Positions 31,212-45,311 of a stretch of 64,000 nt of DNA are shown piece by piece; position 1 is the first letter of the stretch, and every line of letters begins with the position of its first letter. Source of the DNA: Octopus sinensis (lineage: Eukaryota); the NCBI RefSeq assembly GCF_006345805.1, contig NC_043017.1, positions 30,442,001 to 30,506,000 of the forward strand. Direction: 5' to 3'. A model generated the notes under the pieces. It was not told the origin of the DNA. It saw nothing but the letters and a program-made list of their open reading frames with translations, and ran no database searches. Both the position numbers and the translations under genes were made by a program.

Positions 31212-32505
31212 AATTAGTAATCCCAATCTATTCTCTCTTCTAGAGGGGTTCGGCATATGGAAGCGAGAAGTATTGTGACATTGACGATGTTGTTTTAATA
31301 GGTATGACATAAAACAATCGATAGAAAACCAGTCTAATACTTTCGTTCTAAGACATCTCGGGGCTTGTGAATGTCTTAATACCACAGATAACATTTTTAT
31401 TATTAAAATGACTTTGCAAAATGACTGCAAAATGTGTGTAAAAATATTTACTCCTCGCTGACGTTCATTTGCAAGGCTTTTAAAGAACCTCATTTGTATT
31501 CTTTCCTCACTGGAGCAGGAAGGCCTCAGCTAATCTTCTATACTACCTGGTTGTTATATAATGAATCCGGTGGTAAATATAAACTCATTAGACTCGGAGT
31601 TTATGCTGCTGATTCTGAATATTATATGGACCGAGTGTGTTTGAGTGGTCAATTCGTGAAAACCTCGGTCATTGGATATTATTAGATATCGAGACGCAAG
31701 CTAAGCAACATCTCATACATTAATGCCATTGGACATTTTGAACGAAATAGTTGCATGCAGATATAATGTCGGTGTACCCGAAGCCAAAAATGCTTATAAA
31801 ATCGTCTGGATTTCCTGACTTTACCAACGAAGAACTTTTATATTCCTATCATATCCAAATAGATGTTTTCTGCAAAGTTTATGGCAGGTCATAGGTTAAT
31901 AAGGAAGTGCACCGTTGTTTTATGCATGTGTGTGTGTGTGTGTGTGGTGTGTGTGTGTGTAAATGACAGGTACTGGTGTGAAAAGTGTAAATGAAATTAT
32001 GAGATCACGTGTGTGATTTTAGGTCAAAAACTCATTACAGCTCCGCAGGGGCTGCCAAATAGCCATTTAACCACAAGAACACACACAAGTATGCGAGCAA
32101 ATTTATATATTCTTCTTCTTTTTGTTCTTGTTCTTGATCTTGTTCCTCTTGTTCTTCTTTTCTTCTTCTTCTTCTTCTTCTTCTTATTATTATTATTATT
32201 ATTATAATTATTATTACTATTATTTTTTTTTCCCTTCTTTCATCAAATTTTCTTCCGTTTCTCGCCGAGTGTTTTCCATACACCTAGGGCAGAGAAGCTC
32301 ATTGACTGCATTCCCAGATTACACACGCAAATTCACAGATAAAATATGCATTTAAAAATTAATAAATAAATAAATTCATTATGATTATTATTATTACTAT
32401 TATTATCATTTTTATTATTATTGTTATTACAATTATTATTATTGTTGTTGCTCTTGTTGTTGTTGTTGTTGTTGTTGTTATTATTATTATTGTGTGTACA
32501 TAAAT

Positions 32506-32905
32506 GCGCAGGATAGCGGTGTGGTAAAGAAGAGTTTTCCACTCACATGGTTTTGGATTCAGTCCCATAGCATGACAAATTGGGAAAATGTCTTCAGCTA
32601 TAGCCACGTATGGGCCAAAATTGTGTAAGTTGATTTGATGAACGGAAACTAAAAGAGGACCGTCGTATACGCATGTAGAAATACACACACACACTCACAC
32701 ACATATACAGTTCCCAGACAACAATTACATAATCGGTGATAGTGTGCTTATGTCCTCGTAACATCAGAGGTTCAGCAAACGTGAGCGATAGAATAAGTAC
32801 AAGGCTTAGATAAAGAATAAAATAAAATAAGTACTGGGGTCGATTCGTTCGCCTAAAATTTCTAGAAGGTGCCGCACCATGGCCGCACTATAATGACTGA
32901 AAAAA
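32506..32905 (+). mobile_element. Old SINE family B copy
   Basis: Diverged family B match. Confidence 0.7.
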
Positions 32906-32911
32906 ATTAGA

Positions 32912-32954
<43 letters not shown>

Positions 32955-33031
32955 TAAGGGTAGAAATTGATATTTATCAATTAAGACCAGTGGTCTAGCA
33001 TATTAAAAAAGAATCCGAAGATTAAAATATT

Positions 33032-33167
33032 TATATATACCAATTAAGGACTGAACACGAAAAGTGGACAGTCAACATGCTAGATATAGACGTCAAATCG
33101 ATTTGACGTCTATATCTAGCATGTTGACTGTCCACTTTTCGTGTTCAGTCCTTAATTGGTATATATA
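33032..33167. repeat. Perfect 136-bp palindrome, no spacer
   Basis: Symmetry centre 33099/33100 (caaatc|gatttg); arms pair out to 33032/33167. Confidence 0.95.
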
Positions 33168-33241
33168 TATATATATATATATTATACATATATATATAAC
33201 ATATATATACATATATATATTATAAATATATATATATATAC

Positions 33242-33317
<76 letters not shown>

Positions 33318-34096
33318 TATATATATATATATACACACACACAACCTCACTTATATCGATGTATATATATATATAAATATATATGTATGCATACGTTACA
33401 CGTATGGTATTGTGAATGAATGTATTATCGAAGTTAGTCATCATTTGTATAATATTACGTGAACAAATTACTCTACTTTGTTCTGCCGTAAAAACTTACA
33501 TTTCTTATCTTATTAATACATCTAACCTTCAAAGATGATCAAACTCTCTTTGAATAATAATTATTGTACCATTGAAAAATAATTACTCTAATTTTGATAT
33601 TAATCAGTTTGCCCTCGTAACTAATCGTTGTAAATTGTCAGTACTACTATTAGTAATGCGTTAATATTATTATTCTAATTTTCATTATCATAGTAATTAT
33701 CATTAGTGTTGTTGTTGTTCGTATTCAAATTTTATTTATCTTTTATTTGTTTTGGGAGAAAACATATGTCTTGAGACATCTCCAAGGAAATGAGGTTCTT
33801 ACCAAACAAAGTAGGATGAAAATGCTTGTGATTTTTAAAAAACATTTTGCAAAAAATAGATACCCGAACGTACGTATGTGTATCCAATTTCTGTGGGAGC
33901 CCAGAATGATTTGGTCTTTTTAAGACATTGTTCTTTTCCATTGCGTGCTTCGATTCAGTTCTATATGGCTTCTATTTGTAGAGCAGAGGGGAAAAACCTA
34001 ATATATAACTGTTATTGAAATTTATAGAGTGAAATGCGTATAAGAAAAGGCAAATATAATATGTCAACTTGAAAAAAGCATTTGTATATATATATC

Positions 34097-34398
34097 ATTG
34101 TGATCACCGTGACCGACCAGGCTATCAGATGCTGCTGCACATCGCTGGTCACAATGCGCTTCACATTGTTTTAGCCTTCAAATGACGCCACCCCGTTGGC
34201 TAAGCGATCAGGCCAACAGAAGAAAGAGAGAAATTTGTGGCGAAAGAGTACAGCAGGGATCGCCACCACCCCCTGCCGGAGCCTCATGGAGCTTTAGATG
34301 TTTTCGCTCAAAAAACACTGACAAAACCCGGTCTGGGAATCGAAACCGCGATCCTACGACCCCGAGTCCGCTACCCTAACCACTGGGCCATTGCGCAT
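34097..34398 (-). mobile_element. SINE family C, tail type 1
   Basis: Same head, body and tail as 6122-6382. Confidence 0.88.
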
Positions 34399-34728
34399 CC
34401 CCCCCACACACACATAAACACAACACACACACACATATATATATATTGCAGAGAAGAATTCAATTTAGCGATACTAAATCAAATTTCACAATATATAATA
34501 TATGTATATAAATTAGAGAAGAACCACCATCACTGTTATCAGTTTGCAAATATAGCCATGAAACACGTGTAGACTAGTTACTATTTATATACTATTTATT
34601 TATTATTTCGTACTTTATTTAGTTCGAGGTAAATATTTTATCGTATGTTCAATTTATTTTCTATATGGTGTGATTTAATTATATCATTATTGAATTGCTA
34701 CATAGTGGTTCTTTTCTAATTTATATAG

Positions 34729-34798
<70 letters not shown>

Positions 34799-35869
34799 TA
34801 CATAGATAGATAGATAAATAGATAGATAGATACTTTTATCATGGTAATACATCAAATATGATGTGACCTTGCAGAATTGTTAGCACGTCGGGAAAATGCT
34901 TAGCGGCAACTCGTCCATCGTTAATTACTGAGCCCAGGTCAACTTCACTTTCATCCCTATGGAGTCGAGGAAATAACTGCTAGTTGAGTACTGGTATCGA
35001 CCTAATTGAAGTACCCCGAGCCCCGAACTTGTTAAGCTATAACAAGAACAATCAATGTTCCTCGACAAAATGTAGTCTTCACGGCTTTTTAACTTTAGGG
35101 TAAAAATACCGATGAAGATATTGACTAAAGATACTACTATCAAACCTGTGTTTTCTATTCCGATTTTATTCTTGTGTCGTTAAAAAGGGAGAGTACATAA
35201 ATTTTCTTTCTAAGTGACCGAGGGAAATTTCTCCTGTCCTTTAAATTGCAGCAATTGAAAAAGGCTTCTATGAGATACTAAATATGTTTCCTCTATTGAA
35301 CGTTTAAGTGTTTATTGGATTGTTTCGATGTTTCGAATTTGAAATTTAGCGGGAAGTAAATTAGCAGTTCAATTCAGGTCACACTTCGATCATAAAACAG
35401 TTCAATTCAAGTCCCATGAATTAAGAAAAAATGTTAAAATTAGTGCACAGATCCCTCACCACCAGCCTGTTTATGAACTTAATGTTTCGTACTGTGTTCG
35501 TCATAGAATTGTAGACATGCTAAGGAAGTTTTCTTCTGTAAAACTCTTGCAAGTGATGTTAAGTACTTTCACTATAATCATCGCGAGAAAGAACGACAAT
35601 AGTTAACACCCGTTCAAACAGGAACATCCTTCCGCGTATCAAGGTTACATCCGTAAACGTTATGTTCGGTGCTCGGCAGGTAATAAATGGTGTCGTTTAT
35701 CATGAAATGCAGATCAAATCGAAAGAGTTAATGCATAACTGAAGAAAAAGCAGCCATGACGGCTAAATCGAAAAATGCTTTGCTCAAATAAGGTAATATA
35801 AGAGCTCCGTCTGGAAGACTATATATAGTCCATGATAAACAATGAAAGGATTTTATTTTTTATCTCAGC

Positions 35870-35959
35870 TTCGTACTTATTCTATCGCTCACGTTTGCTG
35901 AACCTCTAAGTTACGAGGACACGAGAACACTATCACCGATTATGTAACGGTGGTCAGGG

Positions 35960-36032
<73 letters not shown>

Positions 36033-36228
36033 ATGTGTGTGTGTGTGTGTATTGATACATACGTATACGACGGTCGTCTTTTAATTTCCGTTCACCAAAT
36101 CAAAATACAAGGTTTTGGCCCATCCGTGGCTATAGCTGAAGATATTTTATTTGACATGCTATGGGACTGAATCCAGAACCATGTGGGTGGAAAATACTCT
36201 CCTTTACCATACCACCACACCTGCGCCT
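35870..36228 (-). mobile_element. Old SINE family B copy
   Basis: Diverged family B match. Confidence 0.7.
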
Positions 36229-36450
36229 GTATGCCCTACACGTGTATGCCTTGCTACAATATCTTACCCTCCTGAACGTGTCTGACTATAAGAAAACACT
36301 TTCGTATGAAAGAAAATATTTTAGGAAGATTTCAAGTGATCTTCAATGATCCTTTGATTTGTAATATTCTGATTTATCGACTACTATTATTCCGCACACG
36401 AATATAGTCTTTACACTGTCGTACATATTGGAATAAAACTCACTCTGTAA

Positions 36451-36846
36451 TCTTTATATATAAAAGTGAGATTGTGTGCTGTCTGTCTCCTACGATTTAG
36501 ATTCCTAACTACTCCCACATTTTGCGGTGCAGTTTAACCAAAAGCGGGTATCTTATAGTCGTGATTCATATCGAGCCCTTCTGGGTATTAGCGCGCGTCT
36601 ACGATGAGTCTACGATTTAAAAAAAATTACCATCAATTTTTCCCATTTTTAATGCAATTTTGGCATATATAAGGGAAGTAACTCTCTAAAGATTTATTAT
36701 TAAATCTCAGAACGTAAAAAGCTACAGTAACACCCCCCCCCTTTGTGGTTAGCCATATTGAGATGGCTATTATACTTTACATCTCTAAAAATGCTTATAT
36801 AGTTATTTCCCTTACAAACCCGAGCAACGCCGGGCGATACTGCTAG
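36451..36846 (+). mobile_element. Non-autonomous Helitron
   Basis: 5' TC (a|tctttatatataaaa), subterminal hairpin cccgagcaacgccggg, 3' CTAG, inserted between A and T with no TSD. Confidence 0.88.
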
Positions 36847-37710
36847 TTTCTTATAAAAATGGAGGACAAGCAACATAAAGTAGACCTCAATTTCCTACGT
36901 TTGCAATGAAAATGACAGGTAGTATTTATTATAGGCCTGCACAAAAAGCATGGACCTGGAGGTAAACAAGCAACAAAGTGTTAATATCATTTTGATGTTA
37001 ATCTGAATCTTTGAATTCGAAAATGCAATATTTCTCGATCATGTTAAAGGTCATAGGCTAAGAATTGAAGTGCAATATACTCTATTCCCGTCGGTACATA
37101 CTTTCATTCTTTTATCGGTTTAACACATTGAATTGCTGCCATGCTGGGGCAACGCCTTGAAGAATTATATTCCATTATATCGACCCCAGTGTGCGGTAAT
37201 TATTTTCATCGATCCGTCTGAGAGACGAAAGGTATGTCGACATTGTGCTAAAGGAAGACATTTCTGGCAGAATACATACACAAAAGGAAACAAAAATCAG
37301 CGATTTTCTTTTTGGTCTGCTCTGCATTTGACACACTGGAATTGCATGCCACACAGATACGCATGCACTCGATATATATACATATGTGTGTGTATATGTA
37401 TGTATATATGTGTTTCTGTATATATATATATATTATATATATATATATATATATTATATATATTATATATATATTATACATATATATATATATTTACATA
37501 TATATATATATATAGATATTTATATATATATATATTTACATATACATACATATATATATATCTACATGTGTATATATATATAGTATATATATGTATATAT
37601 ACATACCCATGCAGGTATGTACATATATGTATGTATATATATATATATAATATATATATATATGTATATATATATTATATGTATATAAATATGTATATAT
37701 ATATATATAT

Positions 37711-37743
<33 letters not shown>

Positions 37744-38281
37744 ACCCTGTATACTTGGCACATACGGTGATATGGATATATATATGTGTGTGTACATGTA
37801 CAGGTGCGAATAAATACACATACATATTTAATAAAAGAGAAGGAGATATATGAGTAATTAGATGTATGCTTCTACACATATGCGTCTGCGTTGATATATG
37901 TGTGTATGTGTATGTATGTGCGTGTGCCAGTCATTAAAATAAGCGTGTATATATATACACTTATATGAGTAAGTATGTTTGTGCTCTTCATTAAACACTT
38001 AATAGAAATAAGCACATGACTCTTCAAGGAAATATTTCCTGCAGCAACAAAATTATTCAATCCCTAAGGACGAAGACTTACTGTTTAATATGTCGTATCA
38101 TTTCACTGCTAATTAAATGAGATTTCCCAGGCAGTCTGTTTGCAGGTGTAATTAATGTGTTTCGAGAATGATTCTTTTTTCCCCATTATATATGCAAATG
38201 CTTGTATGTATATGCTTGTATGTATATGTATATAAGATAGATATGTATATGTATGTGTATATTTAAATATATCTTATACCC

Positions 38282-38380
<99 letters not shown>

Positions 38381-38463
38381 GGCTGAGTAAAAAGTAAGCA
38401 ATATTTTGAAACATGAAATTCATCACAATATATTTCAACAATGCGGCAATTTTCTTTATAAAA

Positions 38464-38521
38464 GCCCGGCTAGCTCAGTCGGTAGAGCTCGAGACTCTTA
38501 ATCTTGGGGTCGTGGGTTCGA
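38464..38521 (+). pseudogene. 3'-truncated tRNA-Lys(CTT) pseudogene (nt 1-58)
   Basis: gcccggctagctcagtcggtagagc..gagactcttaatct..gggtcgtgggttcga matches eukaryotic tRNA-Lys(CTT); the 3' T-stem strand and 3' acceptor strand are absent. Confidence 0.9.
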
Positions 38522-39058
38522 TGCAATCACCTCCTGCAACACTCAAAATTGCAATCCTTGTGCCTTAATTTGAAACTAATACTTATAATCGTCTCACCGT
38601 TTTTCTTCTATTTGGAATCATTTATATATCTCACTGTCTTTTCACTTGAATGAAGCAAATTCATTAAGCTATCTTCAGTCACTCTCATGAGACAAATTGT
38701 ATTCGATTTTTTTACATTCTCCCTGCGAATTGGAGCTATCTTCTCTTGGAGTTATATTCTATTCGATGTTTAATCACACGTCAAAGTATAGTTGTTTTTG
38801 ATAATTGCCTGTATAATCTCAGAGAATCCATTTTTTTCTCATCAGATTACATTTCGAATGAGAGCGACAAACATGTTAGTATTTATAAAGGCAAACTCGT
38901 CCATTAATTATTCTTTGTTAAATATTAATACATTCGTAATTATTGTTACAACTTTTATCGTATTGTGTGTCCTCTTTCCTGCCTTTCCTCTTCTTCTTTG
39001 TCTCATTCGAAATATATGTGGCTGTCAATGCTTTAATATATATTATGGTGTTATATAC

Positions 39059-39610
39059 TGGAGTGGCTGTGTGGTAAGTAGCTTGCTAACCAACCACTTG
39101 GTTCCGGGTTCAGTCCCACTGCGTGGCATCTTGGGCAAGTGTCTTCTGCTATAGCCCAGGGCCGACCAATGCCTTGTGAGTGGATTTGGTATATGTTTAG
39201 GCGCAGGAGTGGCTGTGTGGTAAGTAGCTTGCTAACCAACCACATGGTTCCGGGTTCAGTCCCACTGCGTGGCATCTTGGGCAAGTGTCTTCTGCTATAG
39301 CCCCGGGCCAACAAATGCCTTGTGAGTGGATTTGGTAGACGGAAACTGAAAGAAGCCTGTCGTATATATGTATATATATATATGTATGTGTGTGTGTGTG
39401 TGTGTCTGTGCTTGTCGCCCTAGCATTGTTTGACAACCGATGCCGGTGTGTTTACGTCCCCGTCATTTAGCGGTTCGGCAAAAAAGACCGATAAAATAAG
39501 TACTGGGCTTACAAAGAATAAGTCCTGGTGTCGATTTGCTCGACTAAAGGCGGTGCTCAAGCATGGCCGCAGTCAAATGACAGAAACAAGTAAAAGAGTA
39601 AAAGAGAGAG
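39059..39610 (+). mobile_element. SINE family B (39199-39610) preceded by a duplicated 5' half (39059-39191)
   Basis: Two near-identical head and CORE-like segments sharing private variants (ggcatcttggg, gctaacc). Confidence 0.9.
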
Positions 39611-40087
39611 ATTATTAAACGAAAAATACATTCACACACTGTATAGTCCAAAAAGAAATACGCCGTATTTAACAACTACCACGTGACAACGATACATGCC
39701 CTCCCTCCCATTCAAGCTTTCACACGCACTATAAATGGCTGAGTGTACGCTACTCGCAAAAGCAGCCAGTGTGTTGTAATACACACGGCAGCACTCAGTT
39801 AAACACACAGCATGAACACGAGCACTGGACATAAATAAAAAGGTAATCCGTTTCCCTAACTTAAACTTTCCATCGGAAAATTAATTTTGAACACAATTTC
39901 ACGCGCATACATATACAATTGGACATGTCCAACCAAATAGTGCATTCCGAATAGCCACGATTTCCAGATATTGTACGCATATGAAGATATTAAACTCCCA
40001 GAATTCTAGTCGACTGACTATTATTTTAAGCTTGATTACTTACTGTGGTTAAAATAATATAGATATTTATATATCATATATCATATA

Positions 40088-40300
40088 CTGAGGGGTGCTG
40101 AAACCTCTTTAGGTTAAAGAAAATAGAGGTGCATTAGTTAATTATGAATAAATTTCACATATCCCCCTCTCAGATTCACAAACTTATTCCAGCGGTCCTC
40201 CAGTTTTTGTAAGATCTGTTAAAGAACTGTGACGGATAGATTTCCATCCAGGCCTTACGCACTACACTTAAAGTCAGGAACATTTTCCAGCACACCCTCG
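40088..40300. mobile_element. Mariner-derived MITE
   Basis: ta|ctgaggggtgctgaaa ... ttccagcacaccctcg|ta: imperfect TIRs with TA on both sides. Confidence 0.65.
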
Positions 40301-40354
40301 TAAAAACACTTATGTATGTGTAACATACAATATGAATATTTCTTATGTGTGTTT

Positions 40355-40399
<45 letters not shown>

Positions 40400-40645
40400 G
40401 TGTGTGTGTGTGTGTGTGTGTGTACAGGCACATGCGTGGTACGTGGCAAGATGCTTGATAACGACATACCATCTGATTCAATTCCACTTGACCAATCACT
40501 AGATCAAATGTCTTTTATTATAGCTTCAAGCCGACCAAAGACTTAAGTTGATTTGATACGGGAAACTGAAATTTATCCGATATCTATATGCATGTGGCTT
40601 TGCGTCTGTGTCTGTGCGCCACCGATGCTCCACGCTAGTGTCTGT

Positions 40646-40690
<45 letters not shown>

Positions 40691-40927
40691 ACACATACAC
40701 ACACACACACACACATACACACACACACACACACTCACACACAATCGGTGTGGGAGTGTTTGCGCATCCGTAACATACTTGTTCCGTAAGAGGGAATGAC
40801 GAATCCAGATGGTGCTCCAGTATGGCTGCTGTTTAATTACTGCGACACACACGCACAAACACACCCATATACATCATGCACACATACGCATGAATATGTT
40901 ACATATATATATATATGCATATGTATA

Positions 40928-40959
<32 letters not shown>

Positions 40960-40961
40960 GA

Positions 40962-41157
40962 TATGTAGCACGTAGGAGTAGTTCCTGGAACTTAAGAACT
41001 TTCCGGTCCAGAGAACAAGGTGTCATCATACCACTTTTCTCCTCCTTTGTACGGCCACACCTTGAATACTGCTGCCCACTGTGGTCTCCCCATACAAGAC
41101 GAAACATCTCCAGGATTGAATTACCCCAGAGGGCACTCACTAAACGAATTGACTCTT
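40962..41157 (+). pseudogene. CR1-clade LINE RT C-terminal fragment
   Basis: LRTFRSRE...LFSSFVRPHLEYCCPLWSPH...IELPQRALTKRI. Confidence 0.85.
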
Positions 41158-41164
41158 GTCAATA

Positions 41165-42010
41165 GGATGTGCTTAACTTTAATAGCAATCCAGAAGATAA
41201 GTAGCCCCTCTAAATCGGATATTGGTACGGCTAGTGAATTTATTATTGATACGCATATTTCTAAGGTTAGACAAAATCTTATTTTATTCTTATTGTCTAA
41301 TTCAATGGACGTAATTGATTGTTTCATTAAAATTAAGTATAAAGGTCATACGAATTTAATTCAATTAGATATATTTAGTTATTATTCATATACCAACCCT
41401 ATAACACTTAATAAGAACTTAATTTTACCGACGAAGTGAAGTCAGATTTGTCTGAGCTTGAAGTTTCTATAATGTTTACGGTTAGAGACGCCATTATAAA
41501 ATTTGATGCATAGTACTGGTCCAAGCCTCATAGAACCGATAATTTCGACACCACTATGGGGTCCAGTGATAAAGAACGGATCTGATTAAGTAGGCATTAA
41601 CGTGGTTAACTGTAAACGTAGAGAATTTCCTGATTTAGGGAAGGGACGGTTTAGGTGCGATGCTCTTTACACTATCTACAGGCCTTGTAAGATTAATCAT
41701 GACAGATCGCGGAAAAGCTTTTCAAATTCCCTAAGCGCTTCAGTCTGTCTAATGCCATAGAAAATAAAAGCAAGATTAACTTACTTAATTTTGCTCTGGT
41801 TTTAAGTAGAGAGCTTTACCAACCATAAAATAAACGGAATGGATATCTAAGCTACTTGAACAAAAATTCTAATTAACCTAGAAACTACATTAACTCCATC
41901 GTTGAAAATAGATCAACACGTATTTCGACGCTTTCTGCTAATGAAGATCTATTTGCATACAATGAAATGTATTACAAACACTGCTTATCTGAAACTGAGG
42001 ATAAAATAGA
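41165..42010 (+). pseudogene. Penelope-like element RT remnant
   Basis: SPSKSDIGTASEFIID...NSMDVIDCF...LIQLDIFSYY; FDTTMGS; INLLNFALVL...YQP..K.N..LSYLNKNSN*P....SI......RISTLSANEDLF. These match PLE RT motifs (NPAKSEIG, FIQFDI..FYP, FDVTMGS, Y.H..SNHPP). Many stops. Confidence 0.8.
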
Positions 42011-42616
42011 CTGTATACAAAAGAAAATACCAATAAAATTCCCCGTAATTATAGGATATTAAATGATGTACATTTATAGACAGTGAAATTAAAATGAAGT
42101 AAAAAAAAAAGCATCGATCGAGCGTTGCATAGCCTCCACGCAGATGAAGGTTTTTAGCAAATTATAGTGTGCCTTACAATGCGTAGCTTACACATGATTT
42201 TTAATTGAACTGAATTAAGGTTTGTAAATGTTTGACGAAAAGAGGATTAGAAGCCTAAATAGATGACAAAAGTAGATTTGATCGATGCCTATGCCAAATT
42301 CATATGATTAAAATTTGCATAGGACCAACTGATTATTTATTTATTCAAATAATAATCATGATTATTAAAAAAGAAAGTAAACAAAATGAGATACTTATAG
42401 AAAATATTGCATATAATTTGAGAAGTGTTTTCAACGTTTTTCTATTGATAGGCGAATGAGACGTACTGAACTTCGTTGTTGGATGTAAATAATATGGCCA
42501 TTTGCTTATCGAGGAATTTGCAAGTTCCATTATGTCTTTTAATCTTTATTTTCCTAAGTATCTTCACTATCGGTATAAGAAATCAACTAATTGTTATGGG
42601 GAAAATAGTAGTAGTA

Positions 42617-42619
<3 letters not shown>

Positions 42620-42653
<34 letters not shown>

Positions 42654-42792
42654 CACTAAGAATAATGATAATAATAATAGTAATAATAATGATAATAATA
42701 ATAATAACAACAACAACAATAATAATAATAACAATAATAATAACAACAACAATAATAATAATAATGATAATAATATTAACAATAATAATAAT
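42620..42792. repeat. (AAT)/(AAC)n microsatellite
   Basis: Direct reading. Confidence 0.97.
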
Positions 42793-43140
42793 ACTGGAAC
42801 AAACCTCCCACGAGACGAGTGGTATGTGTGGTCGTTACAAATACTGTGACACAGGAAGTCGAGTTGTCGAGAAGTCGGTGAAGTCGATCTTAGTATTGTC
42901 TTCCTTGTCTATCTATTCCAGTATATCGGAGTGGACACAACAACAGTCAGACTTTCGGTTACAACACTCATAAATGAACGAGAGCCTCCAACCTATTACT
43001 GTACAAACATACGCACAAACACGCGCGCGCACACATACACAGCCACATTCGTATATCTATGTGTGTATTTATGCATGTATGTATGTATGTATATATGTAC
43101 CCACACGTGACTATGTACATAGGTTCACTATGATCTATAC

Positions 43141-43503
43141 CAGTGGTTTTCAACCAGGGTTCCGCCAGTACAGTCCAGGGGTTCCGCAAGAAGTTACAAA
43201 AATGCTAAAATCGACAGTAACTTTTAATTCTCCTGTGCAGATATACTCTTTTTTACTCTTTTACTCTTTTACTTGTTTCAGTCATTTCACTGCGGCCGTG
43301 CTGGAGCACCGCCTTTAATCGAACAACTCGACCCCGGGACTTATTCTTTGTAAGCCCAGTCCTTATTCTATCGGTCTCTTTTGCCGAATCGCTAAGTGAC
43401 GCATATGTGTGCATAAGACAATTAAATTATTGCACAGGGGTTCCTCGACACAGTGAAATGTTTCCTTGGGGTTCCGCTCCAGCAAAAAGTTTGAAAAGCA
43501 CTG
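43141..43503. mobile_element. hAT (Charlie-like) MITE with 8-bp TSD; contains a SINE B 3' fragment (about 43245-43400)
   Basis: TIRs cagtggttttcaacc / gtttgaaaagcactg; TSD atctatac at 43133-43140 and 43504-43511 with central TA. Confidence 0.92.
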
Positions 43504-43654
43504 ATCTATACACACAGACGATATTCGAATTAAATGATAAATAGTATTTGATGGACGTACTTCATGATTTTATGTTCTAGTAATAGTTCCTTGCGCTGAG
43601 AATATACCAAAAATATGCCTACCCTGCTTACACGTATATTCATTTTACGAGAGA

Positions 43655-44190
43655 GTGACCTACTCGGTGACCAAAGGGTGAATCTACCAGGCCGTCATTC
43701 GTACTAACCTCCTCTATGGTTGTGAAACATGGCCTATGAGGGTAGTCGATGAACGAAGGCTGGAGGCGTTCGACAATGACTGTCTCTGCTGCTTTCTTCG
43801 CTGCCGACGCATTGATCGGGTTCCTACAGCCGGTCTTCGTTATCGCCTGAATCTCCGGGCCCTCCCTTCGGTGCTTCTACAACGACGCTTAAGTTGGTTC
43901 GGTCATGCGGCCCGGTCTCCAGAGGGTAAGCTGATTCGCGATTTTGTCCCCTACCTCCACTTCCCAGCTGGCGCAAACAGAAGGGCGGGAAGCTGAAGAC
44001 CTGGGCAACGACGATAAAGGAGAACTCCTCCGAATTCTCAGATCCGCAGGTGGTCGGTCTGTGCATATGGAACCGCGGATGGATCGCTATCTCCAGTCGA
44101 CTGCCATGGGTCGTGAAGCCGTTAGGACCAGAGAAGAAGCCGGATCAACCCGCCCTGGGTGAACGCCGTCACAAGACAAGAAGAAGACGT
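43655..44190 (+). pseudogene. RTE-clade LINE 3' end
   Basis: IYQAVIRTNLLYGCETWPMRVVDERRLEAFDNDCL...LLQRRLSWFGHAAR...GGKLKTWATTIKE; tail acaagacaagaagaaga. Confidence 0.9.
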
Positions 44191-44379
44191 AAATTCTTTC
44201 GCAAAACAATCTGCGCACGAAACATTTTGATTCACCTATCCATCAGTATTGGAGACAATCTAACCAAAGTTTTGTGGATTCGAGCGCCTTACCCAGTAAA
44301 CATATGTGCCAAAATTGGTGAAAATCTGTTCAGCCGTTTCAAGTAATTTTTTCAAACACACAAACAAAGACAAGTTTCT

Positions 44380-44609
44380 TATTTCTTTACTGCCAAAAAG
44401 GGGCTACACACAGAGGGGAGAAAAAAGGACAGACAAACGGATTAAGTCGATTATATTGACCCCAGTGCGTAACTGGTACGTATTTAATCGACCCCGAAAC
44501 GATGAAAATCGAAGTCGACCTTGCCGGAATTTGAACTCAGAACGTAGCAGCAGACCAAATACCTCTAAGCATTTCGCCCGTGCTAACTTTTCTGCCAGCT
44601 CGCCGCCTT
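44380..44609 (-). mobile_element. SINE family A, full length, with 15-bp TSD
   Basis: TSD caaagacaagtttct at 44365-44379 and 44610-44624; Tx1-like tail. Confidence 0.93.
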
Positions 44610-45311
44610 CAAAGACAAGTTTCTACAATACTCTGCTCTCGCTTTCGCGCACAGAGCAATGTACATATCAAATAATCTTATTTAAGTAATCTAAGTAATA
44701 GCAAGAATATTAATACTAATAAAATAGTTAAAAAGAAGGTATCCTGTGTTCATGTATTAAATATACTATTTCAGTTAGCTTACATTCTTAACGTTGGGTC
44801 AGTATAACTTTTCGGACATATTGGTTCCACTGGTGTTTTGTACCTTTTAGAATATTCTGGAACAGTTGAAACGACCGTTGGTAATGTATGGTTAATCATC
44901 AATTAAATATGAGATTTTCTCCATTCTTGCTTATGTTGGTTATATTCTCCAGATTTCTTGAAATTCTTCTAAATGATATTTGGATTTACTTATACGTGAG
45001 GAATTACCTTGTATGCTAATATTGTATGAATTTATTGGTATCTGGCTCTTTGATGTATTTAAACCAAGTTCGCTTAATACTAAGTGCTTTCGGGATATGT
45101 GCCAGGATTTAATAATCTCTTTCATATCTTGTTTAATACACATACACACATACACACACAGAAGCACTCACATATGTATGTAAATATGTATATATATATT
45201 TATATATATGTATATATATATATGAGTGTTTGTGTAAGTACATATATACATATATATATATATACATGTATATATATACATATATAAATGCATATTATAC
45301 ATACATATATA

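Noticed and set aside
38464-38536. Functional tRNA-Lys gene
   Set aside because: The 3' strands of the T stem and acceptor stem are missing.
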